In this document: positions 47,352 through 57,438 of the stretch, piece by piece
Layout: each line of letters begins with the position of its first letter
Numbering within the stretch: position 1 is the first letter of the stretch
Source: a candidate division WOR-3 bacterium
GTDB lineage: Bacteria > Hydrothermota > 32-111
Assembly: GCA_037481815.1 (NCBI GenBank)
Contig: JBBFKX010000001.1
Location: 96,001-160,000, forward strand
Direction of reading: 5' to 3'
DNA length: 64,000 nt
Program-made: the position numbers and the translations under genes
The notes under the pieces: model-generated
Told to the model about the DNA's origin: nothing
The model's input: only the letters and a program-made list of their open reading frames with translations
The model's database searches: none

Positions 47352-49517
47352 ATGGAAGAAAAAAAAGTAAATGGGCCGTATGGTCGGTTCAATTTAGAGA
47401 TTTCAACAGGAAAACTTGCAAAACAGGCCAACGGTTCAGTGGTGGTAAAACTGAATGAAAACATACTTCTCGTAACAGCTGTTGCTTCAAAAACAAAAAA
47501 AGAGGGACAGGATTTTTTCCCTTTGACTGTTGATTATAGAGAGAAATATTTCGCAACTGGAAAAATTCCTGGAGGATTTTTCAAAAGGGAAGGAAAACCA
47601 CGAGACCGAGAGATCCTCGCAAGTAGATTGATCGATAGACCTATAAGGCCTCTTTTCCCTGATGATTTCATAAATGAAACACAGATAATCGCAACACTCT
47701 TTTCTGCTGACGGGAAAATCGATACCGATGTTTTGGGTGTAATCGGAGCATCAGCAGCACTTATGATTTCGGATATACCTTTCAATGGCCCTGTTGGAGC
47801 GTGCAGGGTTGCTCTTGTTGATGGACAACTTATAGATTCACCAACTTTTGATGAACTCGAAGATGCTGATCTTGAACTTGTCCTTGCTGGAACGGAAACA
47901 ACAGTTACAACTATTGAAGCATCGGCAAATGAGGTCTCAGAAGAGGATATGCTAAGGGCTATAGAATTTGGACATAACATAATCAGAGAATCTATAAAGA
48001 TCCAGAAACAACTCATAGAGCGGGTTGAAGTAAATAAGATGGAATATGAACCTTTCATCATCCCACAGGATTTAAAGGATAAAATAAAAGAAATAACGAC
48101 TGAAAGGCTGAAAATATTGAACAATATTTTTGAAAAACAGAAGAGAAATCAGGAGTTTGAAAAACTGATTAGAGAGGTTGTAGAAAATCTTAAAGAGCAA
48201 TATGAAGATTTTGTTAACCTTATCCCTTCTCTAATAGAAGATAATAGAAAGGAGATGATAAGGGAAAGAATCTTGAAGGAAGGAATTCGACTCGATGGAA
48301 GGAAAACAAAAGAGATTAGAAAAATAACATGTGAAGTTGGACTTATGCCAAGAACACATGGATCAGCACTTTTCACAAGAGGTGAAACACAGTCGCTCGC
48401 ATGTTTAACTCTTGGAACAGCATCTGATGAGCAGGTTATAGAAGATCTTGAGGGAGAATCAAAAAAATCTTTTATGTTACACTACAACTTCCCACCTTTT
48501 TCAGTTGGTGAAGTTTCACCTTTGAAAGGCCCTGGAAGAAGAGAGATAGGGCATGGATTCCTTGCGGAAAAATCTCTACAGGCGGTTATACCATCTGAAG
48601 AAATTTTCCCTTACACGATCAGAATCGTCTCTGAGATACTCGAATCAAATGGATCTTCAAGTATGGCTTCAGTGTGTTCAGGATCTCTTTCGTTGATGGA
48701 TGCAGGAGTCCCAATAAAATGCCATGTCGCAGGAATCGCTATGGGACTCATAGTTGAAGAAGGTTATGAACCGGTAATATTATCAGACATAATGGGTGAA
48801 GAGGATCATTATGGTGATATGGATTTCAAAGTTGCTGGAACGAGAGAAGGAATAACCGGTTTACAACTTGATACTAAGATTGAAGGTATAACCATAGATA
48901 TCCTGAGAAAAGGTTTCTATCAGGCGAAAGAGGGAAGAGAGCACATTCTCGATATAATGGAAAAAACGATCTCGAAACCAAGAGAACAGTTGTCACAGTA
49001 TGCTCCGAGATTGATCCAGTTTACAATCGATAAAGATAAGATAGGACTTGTTATTGGACCTGGTGGAAAGATGATAAGATCGATTATTGAAAAAACTGGA
49101 GTTAAAGTTGATATAGATGATACAGGAAAGGTCACGATCGCATCAACGGATCTTGCAAGTGGAGATGAAGCAAAAAGAATGATCGAATCACTTGTTAAAG
49201 ATATTGAGATGGGAGAAATCTATGAAGGTAAAGTAACCAAGATAACGAACTTTGGTGCTTTCATAGAACTTTTACCTGGAAAAGAAGCTTTGATGCATAT
49301 CTCTCAGTTTTCACACGAAAGAATAAATGATCTAAACGAGCATTTAAAAGTTGGTGATAAGGTCTCAGTTAAAGTTATAAATGTTGATGAAAATGGTAAA
49401 GTTAACGTTTCAAGAAAAGTTCTTATAGAAAACAAAAATCAGGATCAGAACAAAAATGAAGAGAGACATCATTACAGAAAGTTTGGAAGAAAGGATTATA
49501 GAAGAGATGGATCTTAA
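47352..49517 (+). CDS. pnp: Polyribonucleotide nucleotidyltransferase
   Basis: FFPLTVDY, RLIDRPIRP, RREIGHG, ESNGSSSMASVC, GDMDFKVAGT; KH and S1 domains. Confidence 0.98.
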   Translation: MEEKKVNGPYGRFNLEISTGKLAKQANGSVVVKLNENILLVTAVASKTKKEGQDFFPLTVDYREKYFATGKIPGGFFKREGKPRDREILASRLIDRPIRPLFPDDFINETQIIATLFSADGKIDTDVLGVIGASAALMISDIPFNGPVGACRVALVDGQLIDSPTFDELEDADLELVLAGTETTVTTIEASANEVSEEDMLRAIEFGHNIIRESIKIQKQLIERVEVNKMEYEPFIIPQDLKDKIKEITTERLKILNNIFEKQKRNQEFEKLIREVVENLKEQYEDFVNLIPSLIEDNRKEMIRERILKEGIRLDGRKTKEIRKITCEVGLMPRTHGSALFTRGETQSLACLTLGTASDEQVIEDLEGESKKSFMLHYNFPPFSVGEVSPLKGPGRREIGHGFLAEKSLQAVIPSEEIFPYTIRIVSEILESNGSSSMASVCSGSLSLMDAGVPIKCHVAGIAMGLIVEEGYEPVILSDIMGEEDHYGDMDFKVAGTREGITGLQLDTKIEGITIDILRKGFYQAKEGREHILDIMEKTISKPREQLSQYAPRLIQFTIDKDKIGLVIGPGGKMIRSIIEKTGVKVDIDDTGKVTIASTDLASGDEAKRMIESLVKDIEMGEIYEGKVTKITNFGAFIELLPGKEALMHISQFSHERINDLNEHLKVGDKVSVKVINVDENGKVNVSRKVLIENKNQDQNKNEERHHYRKFGRKDYRRDGS

Positions 49518-50760
49518 ACAGAATATATCAACTGAAAAATTGGAGAATGGAATCAGTTTTATCGGAGAACAGATCAAAATCTTCCATTCTCTAATTTTTG
49601 GTTATTATGTGAGAGTTGGATCAGATTATGAAAGCGAAAGATTGAATGGTATAAGCCATCTCACAGAACATTTGATTTTTAAAGGAACAAAAAAAAGGAA
49701 AGCAGATGAGATATCAAGGTTGATAGAACATTATGGTGGAACCATAAATGCTTACACTGCAAGGGATCACACATCGTTTTACTTTAAATGTTTACCTGAT
49801 AATTTTAAAAGGATTCTCCCGATTTTTCAGGAGATGCTTTTTGAACCGTTGATCCCTGAAGATGAACTTGAAAAGGAGAAAAATGTTGTTATAGAAGAGA
49901 TTAGATCAGCAGAAGATGATCCTGAGGATCTTGTATTTGAAAATTTGAATAGAATCGTGTTCAAAGGTTCCCCTTTTGAAAAGACAATACTTGGAAGTGA
50001 GGAGATAATAAAATCGATCACAAGAAATGATGTTTTGAATTTTATAGAAAAAAATTATATAGGTGAAAATTCCTTTTATTCCTATGTTGGCCCTTTGACT
50101 ACGAAAAACATCAAAGAATCTATCGACAAAAAGTATTTTCGAGATGGTGAGATAGTTGAAAAAAACAATATAAAAGTCAAAGATAATTTTTCACAAAAAA
50201 TTTATGTTTATAAAAATTCCTTACAACAATTTCATGTGGCGTTGGGTTTCAAAACCCAAAACTACTATTCCGATGAAAGATTCCCTCTGACAATACTCTC
50301 AGCCATTTTAGGTATAGGGATGTCATCAAGATTGTTTAAAAAACTAAGAGAAGAAAAAGGATTGGTATATACAGTTTATTCTTTTGTTGATATTTTTAAA
50401 GAAGCCGGGATGAGTGGAATCTATTTTGTCTGTTCTCCAGACAACTACAAAAAAACCATGGAAATTATCGAGAAAGAGATGTCAAATATAATCATCCATG
50501 GTGTTGAAAAAGATGAGATGGAGAAAGTGAAAAACCAGATTCTTGCGAACGTTGTGATGAGTTATGATTCACTATCTGGAAGGATGGGATTCAATGCAAA
50601 ATCTTTTTTGTATAAAAAAGGAATCGATAGTGTAAATTCAGTTATAAAAAAATTCAAAAGTGTAAGTTCAGATGATATTAAAGAAATTGCAAAAAAATAT
50701 TTCAAATTCGATAAGTTGAATATTTCGATAGTTGGAAATAAGAAAAATTTTAAAATATGA
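49507..50760 (+). CDS. M16 family zinc peptidase
   Basis: HLTEH inverted motif, INAYT, SSRLF..LREEKGLVY; usual position after pnp. Likely start ATG 49507. Confidence 0.92.
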   Translation: MDLKQNISTEKLENGISFIGEQIKIFHSLIFGYYVRVGSDYESERLNGISHLTEHLIFKGTKKRKADEISRLIEHYGGTINAYTARDHTSFYFKCLPDNFKRILPIFQEMLFEPLIPEDELEKEKNVVIEEIRSAEDDPEDLVFENLNRIVFKGSPFEKTILGSEEIIKSITRNDVLNFIEKNYIGENSFYSYVGPLTTKNIKESIDKKYFRDGEIVEKNNIKVKDNFSQKIYVYKNSLQQFHVALGFKTQNYYSDERFPLTILSAILGIGMSSRLFKKLREEKGLVYTVYSFVDIFKEAGMSGIYFVCSPDNYKKTMEIIEKEMSNIIIHGVEKDEMEKVKNQILANVVMSYDSLSGRMGFNAKSFLYKKGIDSVNSVIKKFKSVSSDDIKEIAKKYFKFDKLNISIVGNKKNFKI

Positions 50761-51182
50761 TAGATATAAAAATTGAAATCACAGAAAATGGCTTTTTACC
50801 AAAATATATGACGGAAGGTTCTTCAGGTGCAGATTTATTTGCTTCTGAAGAAGTTTGTATAGAGCCTTTTGATGTTTCATTGATCCCAACCGGTATAAGA
50901 GTTGAAATACCTTCTGGTTATGAAATACAGATAAGACCGCGTAGTGGTTATTCTTTAAAAAATAAAATCTTGATTTTGAATTCCCCCGGTACAATAGATT
51001 CTGACTATAGAGGTGAAATTAAAATCATAATGTTCAACCTAAATAGAGAAAGGTTCTGTGTTAAAAAAGGAGAAAGGATCGCACAGATGGTTTTATCAAA
51101 AGTAGAAAAAGCAAATTTTATTGAAGGTAAGATTAACAGCACAAAAAGAGGGGATGGCGGATTTGGCCATACAGGACAATGA
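50757..51182 (+). CDS. dut: dUTP diphosphatase
   Basis: GADL, QIRPRSG, NSPGTIDSDYRGE, RGDGGFGHTG. Confidence 0.97.
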   Translation: MIDIKIEITENGFLPKYMTEGSSGADLFASEEVCIEPFDVSLIPTGIRVEIPSGYEIQIRPRSGYSLKNKILILNSPGTIDSDYRGEIKIIMFNLNRERFCVKKGERIAQMVLSKVEKANFIEGKINSTKRGDGGFGHTGQ

Positions 51183-52000
51183 TCACTTACTATTATTTCA
51201 GAGTTATGAGTATTTTTTTATATTTCGTTCCATATGAGGTTATAGATTTTTTTTCTTTTGTAATAGGGAATCTTATCTATTTTTCAAACAACTGGAGAGT
51301 TGAAAGTATCAAAAAAAATCTCAACAGGATAGGAATATTCGATTTCAACTTAAAAGAGATTTTTGTAAACATGGTTAGAAACCATTTTGATCTGTTAAAA
51401 TCCTATTATTTGAAACAGGAGTACCTTTTGAAAATAACAGATTTGAGTAATGTAGATCTTGTAAGATTAAAAAATGATAAATATATTTTAATAACAGCAC
51501 ATTATGGAAACTGGGAATTGGCAGGAATAATTTTTGGTTATCTTGTAAAAAATACTGTTTCGGTCGCTGAGTTAAAAGGAGTTGGAGAAAAGAGATACAA
51601 AGCTTTATTGAGATTTAGAAATTTAACCGGTATGAAAATATTTCCACTTGAAGATCCAAAGACGATAATAAAACTTGAAGAACATTTACAGAAAGGATAT
51701 ATACCAGTACTTCTGTTCGATAGAGATATTACAAAAACAGGAACTCTTTGTGATTTTGGTAATTCAAAGGTTTTTATTCCAAAAGGCCCTTTTTATTTTG
51801 GAAAAAAATTTTCAAAAGATATAATGTTTGGAACCTTTTTTTACATAAAAAATAGAAGATATAGATATTTCGCTTTAATAAAAGAAGTTGAAAGAGATGA
51901 GAATCTTAAAAGATACGCGGAAAATGGTTTAAAAGTTTTATTCGATGTGATCAAAAGAAAACCTGAAGAATGGTTCGCATTTTCAATGAGGTGGGAGTAA
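51179..52000 (+). CDS. LpxL/PatA-family lipid acyltransferase
   Basis: TAHYGNWELAG; DRD; PEEWF. Confidence 0.85.
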   Translation: MITYYYFRVMSIFLYFVPYEVIDFFSFVIGNLIYFSNNWRVESIKKNLNRIGIFDFNLKEIFVNMVRNHFDLLKSYYLKQEYLLKITDLSNVDLVRLKNDKYILITAHYGNWELAGIIFGYLVKNTVSVAELKGVGEKRYKALLRFRNLTGMKIFPLEDPKTIIKLEEHLQKGYIPVLLFDRDITKTGTLCDFGNSKVFIPKGPFYFGKKFSKDIMFGTFFYIKNRRYRYFALIKEVERDENLKRYAENGLKVLFDVIKRKPEEWFAFSMRWE

Positions 52001-52001
52001 T

Positions 52002-53174
52002 ATGACTGAAAGAAAAAAATTAAAAATTTTGATGGTTTCAGATATGTATTATCCTTTACCTGGTGGTATCTCAGAACATATCCATCATCTTTATATAGAA
52101 ATGAAGAGAAAAGGTCATACGGTTCATATTCTAACAGGTAATCCAATTTTGAAGTCGATAAAAAATGAAGGAAGCGATATAAAAAGAGTCGGATACTCGA
52201 TCTCAATTCCTGCTAACAAATCTTTTGCCCAGGTATCAATCGGAATAAAAATGATCTTTGATATTAAAAATCTACTTGAAAGGGAAAAGTATGACATTAT
52301 ACACATACATGGTGCATTAGCACCTACTTTACCGTTGATAACACTGTTTTTTTCAAATTCAACGAACATAATAACATTCCATGCTGCTTTTGATCGGTCT
52401 ATTGGTTATGAAGCGTTGAGATCACCTCTAAAAAAATTTTTTGAGAGATTGGATGGTGTCATCGCGGTGTCCGAGGAAGCGAAAAGATCGGTTTATAGAT
52501 ATTTCCCTGGAGAATACACTATTATTCCTAATGGTGTTGACCTCAAAAGATTTTCACCATCAAATCCAAAACTTGAAAACTATATTGATGGAAGGATAAA
52601 CATACTTTTCGTTGGAAGACAGGATCCAAGAAAGGGTATAAAGTTTCTTTACAAAGCGATGGATTATATCGTTGAAGAGATATCTGATGTTCGATTGATA
52701 GTTGTTGGAAAAGGTTTTTTGAAAAAATATTATGAGTTGTCGATCAGTGAAAAAGCGAAAGAGCATATTGTTTTTGAGGATTATGTTGATTGGTCTTTAC
52801 TCCCACTTTATTACAGTACCGCAAATGTGTTTGTTTCTCCAGCAACAGGTGGAGAAAGTTTTGGAATCGTTTTACTTGAAGCTATGGCATCCGGAACCCC
52901 TGTTGTGGCAAGTAATATAAGGGGATATAGGCAGGTGATAAAACACAGGTATAACGGTTTTCTCGTGAAACCAAAAGATCCAAAAGATCTGGCTGATGGA
53001 ATCATCGAAGTTCTGAAAAATCGAGAACTGAAAGAAAACTTGAAAAAAAATGGTCTGGAATTTGTGAAAAGATTTTCATGGGAAAATGTATCTAACGAAA
53101 TACTTGAATTCTATTATAAAAAAATCGAAGAAAAAAATAATCATAAAAAAGATCGTTTGAGAAGATGGTTTTAA
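52002..53174 (+). CDS. GT4 glycosyltransferase, PimA-like
   Basis: PGGISEHI, TFHA, IAVS, IIPNGVD, FVGR.DPRKG, PATGGESFGIVLLEAMASG. Confidence 0.88.
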   Translation: MTERKKLKILMVSDMYYPLPGGISEHIHHLYIEMKRKGHTVHILTGNPILKSIKNEGSDIKRVGYSISIPANKSFAQVSIGIKMIFDIKNLLEREKYDIIHIHGALAPTLPLITLFFSNSTNIITFHAAFDRSIGYEALRSPLKKFFERLDGVIAVSEEAKRSVYRYFPGEYTIIPNGVDLKRFSPSNPKLENYIDGRINILFVGRQDPRKGIKFLYKAMDYIVEEISDVRLIVVGKGFLKKYYELSISEKAKEHIVFEDYVDWSLLPLYYSTANVFVSPATGGESFGIVLLEAMASGTPVVASNIRGYRQVIKHRYNGFLVKPKDPKDLADGIIEVLKNRELKENLKKNGLEFVKRFSWENVSNEILEFYYKKIEEKNNHKKDRLRRWF

Positions 53175-54007
53175 AATATTTTTTGCCATTACTTTTTGTT
53201 GTTGTACTTTATCTTTATGGTTGGATTTATTGGTATTTCAGATTTTATAAGAAAAAAATATATGCAAGGAATATAATCTCCTTTCATAAAATTTCAAAAT
53301 ACCCAGAATTCGGTGGAACGACAAATATCGTTTTTCAGTTTGAAAACTATTTGAAATTTTTAAAAAAAAATGGTTTTAAAACAACAACGATAGATGATTT
53401 TTTAAATTCTGAAGATGAAAAAAAAATTTTAATCTTTTTTGACGATGCTTATGAAAATGTTTATAAATATGCTTTCCCTATCATGAAAAAATATTCTTAT
53501 ACAGGTGTGTTGTGTCCTGTAGCAGGATATATAGGTAAAAGAAATGTCTGGGATACAAAAACAGGGAAATTCCGACATATGGATTTTAAAATGTTGAAAG
53601 AGATGGAAGAGAGTGGTTTTGAAATAATTTCACATTCATATTCGCATAAAGATCTCAGAAAATTGAATCGTGAAAAATTGAAAATAGAGGTTGTGCGTTC
53701 AAAAGAGTTACTTGAAAAAATTCTCAAAAAAAATGTTGATTATTTCCTTTATCCGTTCGGATTAACAAATGAACGCGTGAAGAAAGAGGTTAAAGATGCT
53801 GGTTACAAAGGGGCTTTTACATCTTATACGGATAATGTTGGTTTTGATATTTTCGAAATTCCAAGGAATACTCTCTATGTTATTGATACGAACATTGCTC
53901 TAAAAATTTTACTCAATAAAAAGCCAGTTTTTCTGTTTGGACATTTTGATATGAAAGGAAGGATAACAAACTGGTTTGGGAGATTCTCTCCAGTTATAAA
54001 ATTATGA
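53165..54007 (+). CDS. Polysaccharide deacetylase (CE4/NodB)
   Basis: FFDDAY, SHSYSH, YPFG; N-terminal TM. Confidence 0.88.
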   Translation: MVLKYFLPLLFVVVLYLYGWIYWYFRFYKKKIYARNIISFHKISKYPEFGGTTNIVFQFENYLKFLKKNGFKTTTIDDFLNSEDEKKILIFFDDAYENVYKYAFPIMKKYSYTGVLCPVAGYIGKRNVWDTKTGKFRHMDFKMLKEMEESGFEIISHSYSHKDLRKLNREKLKIEVVRSKELLEKILKKNVDYFLYPFGLTNERVKKEVKDAGYKGAFTSYTDNVGFDIFEIPRNTLYVIDTNIALKILLNKKPVFLFGHFDMKGRITNWFGRFSPVIKL

Positions 54008-54936
54008 AAAAGAAAACTCTGTTTATCGACTATATCTTTCTTTTAAGACCAACGATTCAGGTTGCCCTGTGGACCTTCTATTTTATTGGAGTTTATCTTG
54101 GATATAAAGAAGGTGGGAATTTAAAGTTTTTTAATTTTGCTTTCGATTTCAAAATATATTATATTCTTTTAGCATATTCACTTTTGATGGGTGGTATATA
54201 TATTCTTAACCAGATCACAGATATAGAAACTGACAGGATGAACAAAAAACTTTTTCTTTTGCCGGAAGGTATTATAAGTGTGAAAAATGCATACACAACT
54301 TTTATATTTGTTGTTCTTGCTGGTTTTTTTATGATCTTTTTTAACTTTAGTATACAAAAAATAATTTTGAATCTATTCATAATCTCATTTATAATGGGTT
54401 ATCTTTATTCAGCAAAACCTTTTTATTTTAAAAGTAAACCTTTTCTTGACCTTTTCTCTAATGTTATAGGTTACGCTTTTATTGCATCACTGATCGGTTA
54501 TCTTTCGGTAAAAGATGGTTTTCCAGAATTGATAATTTTTTTACCTTATATGTTTTCGATGGCTGCTATTTTCATAAACACAACTATTCTTGATTATGAA
54601 GGGGATAGAAAGGTTGGATTAAAAACAACAGGAATCTTTTTAGGTATAAAAACTTCTCTATTCGTTTCAACAATTTTTATGATACTCGCTTTGATCTCGG
54701 GTATCTTCAATAAAGATGTTCTTGCGATCGTAACGACATCATACTCTCTTATTTTTTTCATAATCTCATCATTTTTCAGAAATGAAAAATATGTGAAATG
54801 GTCTGTTATGTTTACATCTCCTTTTGTTTCACTGATACTCGGTTTAATTTTCCCTTACTTTTTGTTACTCTGTGCATTTACACTTTTTCTTTCCCTTTTA
54901 TATTACAAGAAAAGGTTCAACTATAATATAGTATGA
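54004..54936 (+). CDS. UbiA-family prenyltransferase
   Basis: NQITDIETDRMNK and DYEGDRKVGLKTT Asp-rich motifs; YS..P; multi-TM. Confidence 0.88.
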   Translation: MKKKTLFIDYIFLLRPTIQVALWTFYFIGVYLGYKEGGNLKFFNFAFDFKIYYILLAYSLLMGGIYILNQITDIETDRMNKKLFLLPEGIISVKNAYTTFIFVVLAGFFMIFFNFSIQKIILNLFIISFIMGYLYSAKPFYFKSKPFLDLFSNVIGYAFIASLIGYLSVKDGFPELIIFLPYMFSMAAIFINTTILDYEGDRKVGLKTTGIFLGIKTSLFVSTIFMILALISGIFNKDVLAIVTTSYSLIFFIISSFFRNEKYVKWSVMFTSPFVSLILGLIFPYFLLLCAFTLFLSLLYYKKRFNYNIV

Positions 54937-55901
54937 AAAAATTAATTCTTTTATCTGTTATAACAATTTTTTTTATTTGTTCTTACTCTTATCCTGTTTA
55001 TAAAGATGATGTTGATATTGTTATAGATTTTATATATAAACAAGATTACACGAAAGCATTTGAACATACAGAAAATATAAAAAATAAATATTCTCCGGTT
55101 CTATATTATTTTCTAAAATCTACGATATTATCAACCTATATGAGTGATTTTGAAACCGATTCATTATCTGAAATCCTGTTTTCAAGTTCTGATTCTGTTT
55201 TAAAATATGCTGATATGTTAAACTCGTATGATAACTTTTTTGTTGGTGGGATCTATCTATACAGGACTTACTTTTACCTGGATAGAGGTAATTATCCAAA
55301 AGTTATAAATACCGGTTTAACAGCGTTGAAATATTTTAACAGGTCAATTGAACTCGATCAAAAAATGTATGATAGTTATCTTGGGAAAGGCGTTGTGAGT
55401 TATTTCATAAACAAATTCAAAGACAAATTACCTTTTGTTTCTGGAAACGATGATGGTATAAAACTCATAAAATTTTCTGCTGATTCTGGAATTTTTGTTC
55501 AGTATCCAGCCTACAATGTACTCGCTATCCTATACCAGATGGATAAAAAATATAAAGAGGCGGAAAAGGTATGTGAACGGTTAAGAGATATCTACCCAGA
55601 AAACAGAATGTTTTTATTCACACACATAAAAATACTTCTTGAGCAGAAAAAATATGAGGATGTTCTTCCATTACTCGAAAAATTAAAAGAAAAAGTAGAA
55701 AATGAACAACCGAAAACTTATGTAAATCTATCTTTTGTTTACTACAATATGGCTCTTGTTCATTACGAATTAAAAGATTTTGAAAAAGCAAAACTTTATC
55801 TTAGAAAATTGAAAAAGGTCTATCTTTTAGCAGGTGATAACGGAAAAGTAAAAGAGTTTTATAAAAAAGGTGAAGTTTTAAAGAAAAAGTTAAATGAATA
55901 A
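54933..55901 (+). CDS. Exported TPR protein
   Basis: Signal peptide; TPR-like helices (YDSYLGKG, YPENRMF). Confidence 0.7.
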   Translation: MKKLILLSVITIFFICSYSYPVYKDDVDIVIDFIYKQDYTKAFEHTENIKNKYSPVLYYFLKSTILSTYMSDFETDSLSEILFSSSDSVLKYADMLNSYDNFFVGGIYLYRTYFYLDRGNYPKVINTGLTALKYFNRSIELDQKMYDSYLGKGVVSYFINKFKDKLPFVSGNDDGIKLIKFSADSGIFVQYPAYNVLAILYQMDKKYKEAEKVCERLRDIYPENRMFLFTHIKILLEQKKYEDVLPLLEKLKEKVENEQPKTYVNLSFVYYNMALVHYELKDFEKAKLYLRKLKKVYLLAGDNGKVKEFYKKGEVLKKKLNE

Positions 55902-57033
55902 AAAAAAAGTTCTGGTGATTTCTTATTATCTCTATCCTTTTTACAATTATGGTGGAGGAAGAAGGTTCTTTTCATTGTTGAAATTTTTTGATTCCAAAAA
56001 TGTGGATTATCTTGTTATAACATCATCTGAAAAAAACTTTTTCGATGGTAAAATTCTTTTTCTTAAAGATCCCTTTATTAAGGGGAAAAGAGTCGATCGT
56101 GGAAATGTTTTTTTAAGATCTGTTAATCCATTACCAGATTCGATGTTTTTATGGTCTTATGGAGTTTTCAAGTATATAAAGAAAAATAAAAAAATTTTTG
56201 ATAAAATAATAATTACAGCCCCACCTTTTTCTTTGCCTTTAATTTTATCTTTAGGTTTAAAAAAAGCGGATCTTGATAAATTCATTCTTGATGTTAGAGA
56301 TATATATTATGATGGAACTTTAAGGGATTATAAGGTTCCGTTTGTTAAAATTATCGATTACATTTTTGATAGAATCATATTTAAAAGATTTCGTAAAATC
56401 ACCACAAACATTCCAAGATATGTGAATCTGATAAAAAAAAGATATAATCTGAAAAGGGTTGATCTTGTTGTGAATTCTTTGGAAGATGAAGAACAGAAAG
56501 TTGAAAAGATAAATTTTAAAGAAAAAGTTGTACTCTATTCCGGTAAACTTGATAGGTTCAGATTTAATAAAGATTTTTTTGAAGTGTTCGAAAGAGTTTC
56601 TCCAGAAATTGATTTTAAAATCTTTGTTATTGGAAAAGTAGATGAAAAAATAAAAAATTACCTTGAGAAGAAAAGTTTTGTAAAACTGTTAGGGGAAATG
56701 GATTATGAGAAAACACAGAAGTATGTTTTTTCTTCAGATATTTTTCTTATTATGCATCCTTTCGATTTGAAAGATGGTCAGTCAATATTCTCTTCTAAAC
56801 TTCTTGATGGGATAAAATTCAAAAAAAAGATCCTTTATGTTGGCCCTGAAAATGATGTGTACCTTTTTGTTAAAAATAACAAAATTGGAGAAGTTGTTTC
56901 AAAATCAGAAGTTGGTGATCTGGAAAGAAAGTTGATGAGGTTGGTAAAAAATGAATATCATTATAACAACACTATCTCTGAACAATTTAAACAACCTTTC
57001 AAAAATAGCTATTTTACTGAGAATCTTTTTTAA
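55894..57033 (+). CDS. Glycosyltransferase (GT-B/GT4-like)
   Basis: SYYLYP..GG.R, ITAPPFS, DVRD, YSG, SKLLD. Confidence 0.75.
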   Translation: MNKKKVLVISYYLYPFYNYGGGRRFFSLLKFFDSKNVDYLVITSSEKNFFDGKILFLKDPFIKGKRVDRGNVFLRSVNPLPDSMFLWSYGVFKYIKKNKKIFDKIIITAPPFSLPLILSLGLKKADLDKFILDVRDIYYDGTLRDYKVPFVKIIDYIFDRIIFKRFRKITTNIPRYVNLIKKRYNLKRVDLVVNSLEDEEQKVEKINFKEKVVLYSGKLDRFRFNKDFFEVFERVSPEIDFKIFVIGKVDEKIKNYLEKKSFVKLLGEMDYEKTQKYVFSSDIFLIMHPFDLKDGQSIFSSKLLDGIKFKKKILYVGPENDVYLFVKNNKIGEVVSKSEVGDLERKLMRLVKNEYHYNNTISEQFKQPFKNSYFTENLF

Positions 57034-57343
57034 TGCTATCGGGATGTGGTGCCTTAAAAATGAGTAATGAACTTTGTTTATCGGATGTGTTCTCTATCAA
57101 CATTCTGTCGTATAGATTTACATTGAACAATGTCCCTTCTTTTAAATATGATTTTATACCGTTTACAGTAATTTCAACCTCTCCCATTACAGGTATAATC
57201 GTGAGAAAAGAGTTCGCATTGTGTTCCTTAACAGATTGTTTTGGATTCAAAGCGATTTGAAGTAACATGCAGTAACCGTTTTCGAAAAGTTTTCTGTAAC
57301 CAAAATTTTCTTCCTGAAATGGAATATTTTCAAATATATTCAT
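57014..57343 (-). CDS. Cupin domain protein
   Basis: AGGAGG SD; L.PKQSVKEH, GEVEI, KAPHP. Confidence 0.8.
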   Translation of the reverse strand: MNIFENIPFQEENFGYRKLFENGYCMLLQIALNPKQSVKEHNANSFLTIIPVMGEVEITVNGIKSYLKEGTLFNVNLYDRMLIENTSDKQSSLLIFKAPHPDSIKKDSQ

Positions 57344-57438
57344 AAAACCTCCTCTTGCTTTACATTATTCTTTACTAAAGAAAAAATGTCAACATTATCA
57401 ATCCTTGAATATTTATTTTTCTATTGTATAATTAAAAT

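Noticed and set aside
47534..48124. 196-aa antisense ORF in pnp (and other short antisense/overlapping ORFs in the track)
   Set aside because: Shadow ORFs of well-supported genes, with no motifs or SD.
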